Assembly (NCBI GenBank): GCA_022821275.1
Contig: JAJEDY010000002.1
Coordinates: 28,561-92,560, forward strand
DNA from: Candidatus Latescibacterota bacterium
GTDB taxonomy: Bacteria > Latescibacterota > UBA2968
Direction: 5' to 3'
Length of the DNA: 64,000 nucleotides
Part shown: positions 7,848 to 17,500 of the stretch, piece after piece
Numbering within the stretch: position 1 is the stretch's first letter
Layout of the letters: each line of letters starts with the position of its first letter
Translations under genes and position numbers: made by a program
The notes under the pieces: model-generated
What the model saw: the letters and a program-made list of their open reading frames with translations, nothing else
Database searches by the model: none
Told to the model about the DNA's origin: nothing

Positions 7848-9263
7848 TCACAACCTCTGCTCCCGCAACCCAAACCCCACCATCATCCCCAGAACGGGAA
7901 ATATCGCAAGCACCATAAACACCCTCTGATACGCATCGAGGGTAGCCAGATTCGCATCAAAGAAAAACTGCAACACCACCCCGATCAGTGCCGTACTGAT
8001 CGCCATCCCCATAAACCGCAGCATGCTATACAGCCCCGCAGCAGCACCCATCTGGTCTGAATCAACAGTCCCCATAACCGTACTGTGCAGTGCAGCCAGC
8101 ATCAACCCGGCGCCAAGCCCATAATACGCCAGCAGACCAGCAATAACCCATGTCGAAACCGTATCGGACAAATGGGCAAAACCCAGCATCACCGTCAACT
8201 GCACAAACATCCCAATCATCACCAGCCACCGACTCTGAAAACGATCGGACATCTGCCCACCAAACCGCACAATCAGCGTCATCGCCGCAGAGCTAATAAT
8301 CAAAAACACGCCCAACAGTGCTGGCCCCATGCGGTGAACATCGACCAGGTACAGCGGCATCAACACCCCAATACCCCCCTGCACAAACATCCGCATCGAA
8401 GCGCAAAACGTCACCCGGCAAAACATGCGATTGCCAAAAAAATTGAGCGGAAGAAAAGGATCTCTCCGCCCTCTTTCCCACCACCAGAAACCCGCAAAAA
8501 ACAACCCCGCGCCCGAAAGCAACCGCCAATCCTCAAACGGGGCAACCCCCGTCACAGACCGACTGGACAGATAAAACATCAAAAACACAATCCCACCCGA
8601 CAACAAACCCACCCCACCCCAATCGAACTGCCGCAAAAATTTGGAAGCCTCTCCAATCACCTGAGAAGGCACCCCCCTGTAAATCGCGACAAAAGTCACC
8701 ACACTGAGCAAAAGCCCCGGCACAAAAGCGGCGCGCCACCCCCATAGAGCAATGAGAAGACCCGCGACAAACGACGACGAAAAACTCATCGCCGGACCCA
8801 CCGCACTCCACGTACCCAGGACGCGCCCGCGTTCTCCCTCACTAAAAATCGACACGAGCAGCGCCATACCCATCGGCGTCATCCCCCCCACGCCAATACC
8901 CTGAATCGCCCTGCCAGCCATCAACCAGCGCATATTCGGCGCCAGAAACGTCATCGTGGAACCAACGCCAAAAATCACAGTCCCCGCCAGAATCAACAAC
9001 CGCCGGTCAACCCCATCGCTCAAACGCCCATAAATCGGCATCAAAACGACAAAAGGCAGCATAAAAGCTGCCAGAACCCACGCCGTCAAATCCGCGGGAA
9101 TCCCAAAATCATCTCGAATAACCGGCAGCGCAACCCGCGACATGCCAGACACCATAGGCATCAGCATAGACGAAAACATCAGGCTAATCAACACGCGCCG
9201 GGCCGCCCGGGGAGACAGCGGTTCTGCCTCCCCGGGTTCAACCTGTGCCTTAGACAAATGCAC
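7848..9263 (-). CDS. MFS transporter (DHA2-like, 14 TMS)
   Basis: 471 aa, 14 hydrophobic segments, RRVLISLMFSSMLMPMVSGMSRVALPVIRDDFG MFS N-terminus, GRLSDGVDRR motif A. Confidence 0.8.
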   Translation of the reverse strand: MHLSKAQVEPGEAEPLSPRAARRVLISLMFSSMLMPMVSGMSRVALPVIRDDFGIPADLTAWVLAAFMLPFVVLMPIYGRLSDGVDRRLLILAGTVIFGVGSTMTFLAPNMRWLMAGRAIQGIGVGGMTPMGMALLVSIFSEGERGRVLGTWSAVGPAMSFSSSFVAGLLIALWGWRAAFVPGLLLSVVTFVAIYRGVPSQVIGEASKFLRQFDWGGVGLLSGGIVFLMFYLSSRSVTGVAPFEDWRLLSGAGLFFAGFWWWERGRRDPFLPLNFFGNRMFCRVTFCASMRMFVQGGIGVLMPLYLVDVHRMGPALLGVFLIISSAAMTLIVRFGGQMSDRFQSRWLVMIGMFVQLTVMLGFAHLSDTVSTWVIAGLLAYYGLGAGLMLAALHSTVMGTVDSDQMGAAAGLYSMLRFMGMAISTALIGVVLQFFFDANLATLDAYQRVFMVLAIFPVLGMMVGFGLREQRL

Positions 9264-9302
9264 CTCGCAAACGAATAGACGAATAGACGAATCAGCGAAT
9301 CA

Positions 9303-9334
9303 ACGGGCGGGCACGGGGGCACCGCCCCTACAAC
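9303..9334 (+). repeat. GC-rich hairpin element copy 2, followed (in minus-strand gene direction) by tandem GATTCG-type 8-9-mers, in the MFS leader
   Basis: CAACGGGCGGGCACGGGGGCACCGCCCCTAC preceded by ACGAATAGACGAATAGACGAATCAGCGAATCAAC (9268-9302). Confidence 0.5.
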
Positions 9335-9352
9335 ATCGTACAACCGACATCG

Positions 9353-10096
9353 CTATCCAATCTTCATACCACACTCGCGGCCGTGTGCTTCGAGCAACGC
9401 CTTACCCGCATCGTAGATCGCGCCAAAAGCATCCACACTAACCGTCACATCGCCAATCATGTGCTTCCCCGCTGCACGTACCTTATCACACGCCGCCTCA
9501 TACGCCGCTATACATTCCGGATGATTCGGCTCTCCCGGATACCCCATAGACTGCGCGATATCTTGAGGACCACCCGCAAAAAACATAAGCCCGTCAACCT
9601 GAAGAATCTCATCCAAATTATCAAAAGCCGTCTTGCTCTCGAGCTGCGGCACAATAATGGTATTGTCATTTGTGAACTCGAAAATCTTCCGACTATCGCT
9701 GGTATCGTTCAAACTATACGCCACGCGCTGGCTCATCGCGCTTCGCCGTCCCAAAGGCCCGTAAAAACCAAACTGAACAATCTGCTCGGCCTCCTCAGCA
9801 GTCTGCAAATTGGGCACCGTAATCATCTGCATACCCCGGTCCAGCGCCGTCAAAATAGCCGCCTCGGACTGATCCACAACCCGCATAGCTGGCGTCATAC
9901 CATACGCATCGCAAAGGCGACAGACCGTCTCAATAGTCGGCAGCGTCAAAGCGCCGTGCTGCCCATCTAACGTAATAAAATCCATCCCCATCTTAGCCGC
10001 CACTTCGATCACAATTTCCGAAACAAAACTCATCTGCACGCCAACGGCTTTTTCGCCATCGCGATAACGCTCGAGAATGCGATTTGGTGTAGCCAT
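9353..10096 (-). CDS. HpcH/HpaI family aldolase (2-keto-3-deoxy-sugar-acid aldolase-like)
   Basis: 247 aa with the (beta/alpha)8 aldolase pattern. Divalent-cation ligand region ...TLDGQHG..., MQMITVPN. Confidence 0.7.
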   Translation of the reverse strand: MATPNRILERYRDGEKAVGVQMSFVSEIVIEVAAKMGMDFITLDGQHGALTLPTIETVCRLCDAYGMTPAMRVVDQSEAAILTALDRGMQMITVPNLQTAEEAEQIVQFGFYGPLGRRSAMSQRVAYSLNDTSDSRKIFEFTNDNTIIVPQLESKTAFDNLDEILQVDGLMFFAGGPQDIAQSMGYPGEPNHPECIAAYEAACDKVRAAGKHMIGDVTVSVDAFGAIYDAGKALLEAHGRECGMKIG

Positions 10097-10130
10097 AAAA
10101 TCCTCGCTATGTTGTGGTTACTTGAAAACC

Positions 10131-11012
10131 CTAAACTCTCGCAAATTTTTGCAACCGCTGCCCCTGTCCTCCCATACCGATCTCAGCCACATAAATACTA
10201 CCCTCGTCATCCACGCAAAGCCCGTGCGGCGACTGCACGGCACGCTTATCTTCAAAGCGACAAATCAACTCCCCATCAGCAGACCACACACTGATGCGCC
10301 CCCCACCCCCTTGCTCGGCCACATAAATCGTATTGTCATCCGTAATCCACACATCGCCCGGCATCATCACATCGGTCCACATCTCCATAAACTCGCCGTC
10401 TGGATCGAAAATCTGAATGCGACTATTCTCCCGATCACACACCAGAACCCGCCCGGTCTTATCGCACCCGATATTGTGTACCAATGCAAACTGCCCCGGT
10501 CCACTTCCCCCCTCGCCCCACACCGCGAGATGCTCGCCCTCACGCGAATACTTGTGAACACACCGGCTGCCATATCCATCCGACACGTAAAACGAATTGC
10601 CATCTGGCGCATAAGCAACACCCGTTGGCATATTGTACTCCCTGCGGTGAAACGTCGGACCGGGAACCCCTCGGGTACCCCATTCGCGTTCCAACTCGCC
10701 CAACCGGGTATAACGCCTCACAATATGCTGATACGAATCCGTCAAAAACACCTTATCGTCCGGATCGATAAAAATGCCGTGTGACTGACTGATCAAATTC
10801 GGCGAAATGCCAAAATCGCCATACCCCCACGACGTAATAAAATTGCCATCCTTATCAAACACGACCACGGGATGAATCCCACGCGTAAAAGCGTAAATGC
10901 GGCCCTGTGAATCCACCGCAGCATCCGACACCTGCGTAAACACCCACCCCTCGGGCAACTTCGCCCATCCCTCAACTTCCTCGTACCGATAATCGCCTTC
11001 TCCGAACAACAT
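10131..11012 (-). CDS. NHL-repeat beta-propeller protein (peptidylglycine amidating lyase-like)
   Basis: Repeated D-x-x-G-x-I/V-Y-V-x-D blades (GRIYAFTRG, DKVFLTDSY, NSFYVSDGY, GRVLVCDREN, NTIYVAEQG, GSIYVAEIG). No signal peptide. Confidence 0.6.
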   Translation of the reverse strand: MLFGEGDYRYEEVEGWAKLPEGWVFTQVSDAAVDSQGRIYAFTRGIHPVVVFDKDGNFITSWGYGDFGISPNLISQSHGIFIDPDDKVFLTDSYQHIVRRYTRLGELEREWGTRGVPGPTFHRREYNMPTGVAYAPDGNSFYVSDGYGSRCVHKYSREGEHLAVWGEGGSGPGQFALVHNIGCDKTGRVLVCDRENSRIQIFDPDGEFMEMWTDVMMPGDVWITDDNTIYVAEQGGGGRISVWSADGELICRFEDKRAVQSPHGLCVDDEGSIYVAEIGMGGQGQRLQKFARV

Positions 11013-11045
11013 GTCGCACCTCCTTGAAAAATGGGCAAACTACCA

Positions 11046-12800
11046 TCAAGTACCTTCATATTGCAACTGGTAAAGCCGGGCATAAATCCCATTCTGATTG
11101 ATCAGCGTATCGTGATCGCCTTCCTCGCGGATTTGACCGCGGTGCATCACCAGAATCTTGTCCGCATTTCGAATCGTCGAAAGGCGGTGTGCAATCGCAA
11201 TCGAAGTCCGCGACCGCATCAATTTTGCCACCGCATCCTGAATCCACATCTCGGTCTCCGTATCCACATTCGCCGTCGCCTCATCCAAAATGAGAATATC
11301 TGGTCCAGAAGCCAGCGTACGCGCAAAAGATATCAACTGCCGCTGACCAACCGAAAGCGAACTCCCCCGCTCCAGCACCTCGTGCTGATAGGTATCGGGC
11401 AACTTGTCGATAAACCGGTCTGCATTGACATCGCGCGCGGCTTGCTCGACCTCCTGGCGGCTAATGCGCGGATGCCCCAGACTGATATTGGTTTCAATAT
11501 CGCCAGCAAAGAGAAAAACATCCTGTTGCACAACCCCAATGCGCCTGCGAAGCGCCTCCACATCCCACTCGCGAATATCGACACCATCCACCAGAATCGC
11601 ACCCCGCTGAATATCGTAGAACCGACACACCAGACCAATCACCGTACTCTTACCCGCGCCCGTCGCCCCGACCAATGCCAAACTCTGCCCCGGCGCAACG
11701 CGAAAAGACACATCGCGCAACACCCATTCGCCTTCGTTGTACGCAAACCAGACATTTTGAAACGCGATCTCGCCCTTCAAGTGATCGGCCTTCACAGTGC
11801 CGCCAAGTGATTCTGGTTTTGTATCCAGCAATTCAAAAATGCGCTCTGAAGACGCCATCGCAACCTGAAGCACGGTAAACCGATCGGCAATATCGCGGAG
11901 GGGCATAAAAAACCGAGGAACATATTGCAACATCGCCACCAGCACGCCCCACTGAATTTCTCCGCCCAGCACCTGTACGCCGCCATACCACAACACCAAT
12001 GCGGACAGCAAAACACCGCCCAACTCCATAATTGGAAAATAAACCGCATGGTAAAACGTACTCTTTAGCCGCGCATCCAGATACTCTTCATTCGGATCTT
12101 CAAACCGCTTCACACAGCGACCTTCACAACCGAATAACTGCACCACCTCCATCCCGGACACGGTCTCCTGCAGCGATGAACTAAATCGCGCGAACAACGT
12201 GCGCGCAACGCGATACGCAAAAAAGGTCTTATTCTGAAGCCACATCGTCGCGATAAAAGCCACCGGTAATGCGAGACAGATCAACAAGCCGAGCGTGACA
12301 TCCATATAAAAAATGTACGCGAGAATGGCGACAATCGTAAAAATATCGCTGATCATCGACACAATGCCATCGGTAAACAACTCGTTGAGGGCATCCACAT
12401 CATTTGTATTGCGCGCCATCAAACGGCCCACAGGCGTGCGGTCGAAAAAACGCATGGGCAACCGCTGCAAATGCATAAAAATCTGCAACCGCACATCGTG
12501 CATAGCCCATTGCCCGATCATATTGGTCGTCCAACTCTGGCAATACCCCACGCCAAATTGCGCGACAAGCAGACCGATATAGATCATGACCAGATAGGTC
12601 AACCCATCGGCATCGCCCGGCACGATATAATCATCCACCGCAATCTTGGTCAAATAAGGCCCGGCCTGCCGCACACTCGCTGCGACAACAATGAGCACAA
12701 ACGTGAGAACAACCCACCACGCGTAGGGCCTGAGAAAGTTCATCAACCGCGCCATCAAACGCAGATCAAAACCCTTATGACCAATTTCCTCTTCTTCCAT
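11046..12800 (-). CDS. ABC transporter permease/ATPase (type I exporter half-transporter)
   Basis: 6 TMS followed by NBD with GATGAGKST Walker A, LSVGQRQL signature, ILILDEATA Walker B. Confidence 0.85.
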   Translation of the reverse strand: MEEEEIGHKGFDLRLMARLMNFLRPYAWWVVLTFVLIVVAASVRQAGPYLTKIAVDDYIVPGDADGLTYLVMIYIGLLVAQFGVGYCQSWTTNMIGQWAMHDVRLQIFMHLQRLPMRFFDRTPVGRLMARNTNDVDALNELFTDGIVSMISDIFTIVAILAYIFYMDVTLGLLICLALPVAFIATMWLQNKTFFAYRVARTLFARFSSSLQETVSGMEVVQLFGCEGRCVKRFEDPNEEYLDARLKSTFYHAVYFPIMELGGVLLSALVLWYGGVQVLGGEIQWGVLVAMLQYVPRFFMPLRDIADRFTVLQVAMASSERIFELLDTKPESLGGTVKADHLKGEIAFQNVWFAYNEGEWVLRDVSFRVAPGQSLALVGATGAGKSTVIGLVCRFYDIQRGAILVDGVDIREWDVEALRRRIGVVQQDVFLFAGDIETNISLGHPRISRQEVEQAARDVNADRFIDKLPDTYQHEVLERGSSLSVGQRQLISFARTLASGPDILILDEATANVDTETEMWIQDAVAKLMRSRTSIAIAHRLSTIRNADKILVMHRGQIREEGDHDTLINQNGIYARLYQLQYEGT

Positions 12801-14578
12801 TACAATATTTCCAATTCCCGAGCCAGGTGCTGGCGTCGAAACATATCGGCATAAATCCCATCGTGAGCAACCAATTCGTCGTGTGTCCCCTGCTCGACAA
12901 TGCGCCCCTCATCCAGCACAATAATATGATCGGCATCTTTCACAGTCGAAATGCGATGGGCAATCAAAATCGTCGTGCGCGAAGCCATAATCTCGCGCAA
13001 ATGTTTGAGAATCTCTTCTTCAGTCCGCGTATCCACGCTGGCCAATGCATCGTCCATAATCAGAATCCGCGGCTCTCGAATCACCGCACGCGCAATAGCG
13101 GTGCGCTGTTTTTGTCCCCCCGAAAGCGTGACCCCGCGCTCTCCCACAATCGTCTCCAACTGCTCGGGAAAAAGGTGCAAATCGGGAGCCAATTGCGAAA
13201 TCTCGGTCGCGCGCACAACATCGCCCTCTGCCCGCGTGCCCAAAGCCACATTTTCCCGAATCGTATCCGAAAACAAAAAGGCGTCCTGCGGCACATACCC
13301 GGTCGCGTCTCGAATCGTCTGAAGCGGTATATCTTCCACCGGCTTGCCATCGACAAAAACCTGCCCTGCATCCGCCTGAATCAACCGGGGGATCAAGCGC
13401 GCCAGCGTGGATTTTCCCGACCCCACGCGCCCCACCACGGCAAGCGTACTCCCCGCTGGAATCCGAAGATTGATATCTTTGAGCACCCGTTGTCCATTGT
13501 ACGAAAAGCTCGCATTGCGAAACTCGATCTCACCCCTGATATCCCCCGTTGTGCCACCCGCCACATCGGGTTGCGGCGATATTTCTAAAACCTCTTCAAT
13601 ACGCCTCAGCGAAGCCACGGCGCGTTGATACTCATCGACAATTCTCCCCAACATCGACATCGGGCGACTCATGCGCAGCAAATACGCATTGAACGCCACA
13701 AATGCCCCCAGGCTCAAACTCCCCTCAATCACCCGCAGACCGCCCAGCCACAAAATCACAATCATAGAAACACCGCTCAACAAAAACGTGAACGGATAAT
13801 ACAGACTGCGGATTTTAATCAAATGGCGGTTGCGCGTGACGTATTCTTCATTGAGAATCCCAAAATCTACGATCTCAAGCGGGCGCATGGCAAAGGCTTT
13901 GACCATTCGCATACCCGTCAAATTTTCCTGAATTTTTGAACTAACGGCGGCAAATTGTTCCTGAACCCGCCGGTATCCCACGCGCACCTTTTGCCCGACC
14001 CACCGCGCACAAAAAGCCATCACGGGCATAGGCGCCAGCGCCAAAAGGGCCAACTGCCAGTCAATGATGCACATCAAAATGAGACTGATCGCAAAATTCA
14101 AAACCGCCTGTAGCGACAGGCGATACGCAAAATAAAAAAACCGCTGAATCGCTTCCACATCATTGGTCGCTCGCGCCATTAAATCGCCCACGCGCTGCGC
14201 CTGGAAAAAGCTCAGCGGCAGCCGCACGATATGTCGCACATAAAGCGTGCGAATATCGCGCTCTATAAAGCGAGAAGCACTGGCAATAAACCAGCGCATC
14301 CCAAATGACATGCCCCATTGCGCGATACCGAGCGCGGCCATGAGTGCCCCGTACATCTGCAAATCGCCTATCGGGCTACCCGTAATTGTATCGACCGTAT
14401 CACCTGTAAAATCCCCGGCATCCAGCCCGGCTTTGGCCGTATCAATCGCCCATTTCATCAACATCGGAACGAGCGCCTGAACCGCCTGCGTACCCAGCAA
14501 CAGCACCAACCCCCAGAAAATCTTCCATCGATGGGGATATACATATTCCGCAAAGGGTTTAAAAAAATTGAGACTCAT
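12800..14578 (-). CDS. ABC transporter permease/ATPase (partner half-transporter)
   Basis: GRVGSGKST, LSGGQKQR, ILIMDDALASVD. Its stop overlaps the start of the downstream ABC gene, consistent with a heterodimeric exporter. Confidence 0.85.
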   Translation of the reverse strand: MSLNFFKPFAEYVYPHRWKIFWGLVLLLGTQAVQALVPMLMKWAIDTAKAGLDAGDFTGDTVDTITGSPIGDLQMYGALMAALGIAQWGMSFGMRWFIASASRFIERDIRTLYVRHIVRLPLSFFQAQRVGDLMARATNDVEAIQRFFYFAYRLSLQAVLNFAISLILMCIIDWQLALLALAPMPVMAFCARWVGQKVRVGYRRVQEQFAAVSSKIQENLTGMRMVKAFAMRPLEIVDFGILNEEYVTRNRHLIKIRSLYYPFTFLLSGVSMIVILWLGGLRVIEGSLSLGAFVAFNAYLLRMSRPMSMLGRIVDEYQRAVASLRRIEEVLEISPQPDVAGGTTGDIRGEIEFRNASFSYNGQRVLKDINLRIPAGSTLAVVGRVGSGKSTLARLIPRLIQADAGQVFVDGKPVEDIPLQTIRDATGYVPQDAFLFSDTIRENVALGTRAEGDVVRATEISQLAPDLHLFPEQLETIVGERGVTLSGGQKQRTAIARAVIREPRILIMDDALASVDTRTEEEILKHLREIMASRTTILIAHRISTVKDADHIIVLDEGRIVEQGTHDELVAHDGIYADMFRRQHLARELEIL

Positions 14579-14588
14579 AAAAAAACCT

Positions 14589-17500
14589 CTACACCATCCC
14601 TCTCACCTGCTCCAATTTATCGTACAATCGCTTTGGCGACACCTTTTGCGCCGTACCGAGTTCCTGTGCAAACACCGACACCCGAAACTCCTCGACCATC
14701 CACCGCAACGCCTGCACTGCATCGCGCTTCTCCCCCGTCAATTCCGAATCCATCAATTCATCCACCGCGTCTTGAAAGGGTTGAACCTGCTCGGCCTTTT
14801 GTCGGTCCTTCATCGGATCGAGCATCGCGCGTTCGGCCCGTATCGCAATCGCCTTCAAAAACCGACTCAAATGCAACACCTGATCATAAGGCGTCTGTCG
14901 CAAAAAATCCGGCGGCATCAAACGCGCGAGATCCGCCTCCATCTCGGGATATCCACCGCGCAACAGACGGATTTCCCGGTGCGTTTCAAACAACGACTCC
15001 ATCGCCTGAATCAACTGCGGCGCCAGATGCTGCAAATACAACCGCGCCTGTTGAACGCGCGATTCAAAGCGCTCGCGCGTTATGGGAAACGCCGCATCTC
15101 GCGTGAACAGATGTGCCATTAAATTTGCGTACGCACCCTCGCGCAAAGCCTCGCGCGCCCCCTCAAACTGCTTCAAATCGCCCAAAGACCGCTTCAACGC
15201 CCGCATCTCATCCCGCATTTCGCGCTCGCACAACCGCATCCAACCCGCCTGAGTCTCGCGTTCCGCTTCGTCGGCACGCTTAAACAAACACACCTCCACG
15301 CGATCCCCTTCGCGCTTCAACCCCACATAGCCAAACACCGGCATCCCGCCGGCTTGCATCACCTCCACGCGCTCGGGCAATTCACCCAGCGCCTGCCCCG
15401 TCACATCCCGCCGCGCCACCTGCTTCTGCGCCCGCAACCACGCATCGGACTGCACATCTTCTTCGCGCGCATCTAACTGATCGCGCAACACGCGCAAATC
15501 CCGCGCTGCCACAATCGCCTTCTCTTTCTCGTCTCGAACTTCCACGCGCATCTGCAAATGCTCGGGCAAATCGCGCACATTCCAATCGCTTTGAGAAATC
15601 TCAATACCGTATGTACCCAGAATATGAGCAGACAGCGAATCCAAAAACGCGCCGTGCGTTGGCTGCAAAGCCGCGGCAATCTCGCGCGCCTTATCCGGCA
15701 CGGGAACAAACCGCTTGCGAATACTTTTTGGAAGCCCGCGCAACAAATGCGTAATCTTCTCCTCCAACAACCCCGGCACCAGCCAGTCCAGCACCTCCGG
15801 CTGTACAAAATGCACCAGCTTGTAGGGCAACTCCAGTGTCACGCCATCCCGATCCTGCCCGGGCCGATACGCATAAGAAAGCGGCACCTCTTCGCCATCC
15901 ACCTCCAAAAAATTGGGAAACGCATCCCGATCAAAATCCACCTGCTCGCCCGCCAGATGCTTCTCGGACATCAGCAAAAAATCCGCGCCCTTTCTCTTAA
16001 TCAGGCGATTCAAATCGTGCGTAGAAGATATATCCTCCAATCGCTCGGCATAAAACCGATACGCAGCCTCGTCCAGATCCAGAAATTGCATCAAACGCTG
16101 TTGCATCTGCCATGTTTCCACGCGCGCGCGCAAATCCCGATTCTGAGCCACAAATTCATAGGGCAACGCCACCTCATCATTCACCAGCGCCCCGCGGATA
16201 AAAATCTCCGTCGCAGCACTGGCATCTATACCGCCATACCCCACGCGCTTTTGCCCCACCTGCAAACCGTGCAGCGTCAAAGTCTCAGTCGCCAGCACCC
16301 GCCCCGATCGCGCGCTGTAAAACGGCTCCTTATAAGACGCCCGGCACAAATGCGCGCCCAACGCCACCAGCCAGGACGGCTGTATGCGAGCCACAGTGCG
16401 CGCAAACAAACGCGACGTCTCCACCACTTCCGCAGCCACCACCCAACCGGGCGTACTCTTTTTCTCTTCCTCTCTTCCCTCTTTCCGCTGAAACAGGCCA
16501 GATCCGGGAAACAACATCACATCGCGACCGCGCGCTGCGCGATACATATTGCCTTCCTTCTTTTGCGCCACATTGCCCAACAACCCACTCACCACCGACC
16601 GATGAATCGCATCGTATCCCGCATCGTCCCGATTCATCCGAAAACTGCCCATCTCGCGCAAAGTGTGTCGAATCTGCATATAAATATCGCGCCATTCGCG
16701 CATGCGATTAAAAGACAAAAAGTGCTGCTTGCAAAACTTCCGCATCTGGCTCTGCGTTCTCAATTTCTCAAACGTATCGTGATACGCCTTCCAGATATTC
16801 AGCAACGCGATAAAATCCGACTCCCCATCTACAAATCGCCGATGCTCCTGATCTGCCGCTTTCTCTTGCTCGAGCGGCCGCACGCGCGGATCCTGAATGC
16901 TGATTGCCGACGCAATAACCAGCACCTCGCGCAAAGCGCGTTCTCGTTGCGCTTGCAAAATCATCCGCGAGACCGTCGGCGCAAGCGGCAAACGCGCCAT
17001 ACCGCGTCCCAGCGGCGTCAAACGCTTGTGATCATCAATCGCGCCCAACGCCCTCAACACATCAAATCCCCCCTGAATCGCCTGAGAACGGGGGGGATCA
17101 ATAAATGGAAACGTCTCGACATCGCCCAGCCGCAGCGCAATCATCCGCAAAATGACCTCAGCCAAATCCGACCGCTGAATCTCGGGCTGCGTGTACTCTG
17201 GCCGCGCGAGAAAACTCTTCTCATCGTACAGACGAATACACACCCCATTTTGCACGCGCCCACACCGCCCTGCCCGCTGCCTGGCACTGCTTTGAGAAAT
17301 ATCTTCTACCGGTAGCCGATGCGTCTGATTGCGCGGATTGTGCCGGCTGATCCGCGCCAGGCCCGTATCGATCACATACCGAATACCCGGAATCGTAATC
17401 GACGTCTCCGCAATATTCGTCGCCACCACAATGCGCCGATACCTCTGCTTGTAAAACACCTTCTGCTGATCGCCCGCTGTCAACCGCCCAAACAGTGGCA

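Noticed and set aside
645-9302. Possible CRISPR arrays suggested by tandem short repeats
   Set aside because: Repeat units are only 9-10 bp, with 2-4 copies and no unique spacers of 30+ bp. No cas genes in the window. They are better described as short tandem repeats within intergenic elements.
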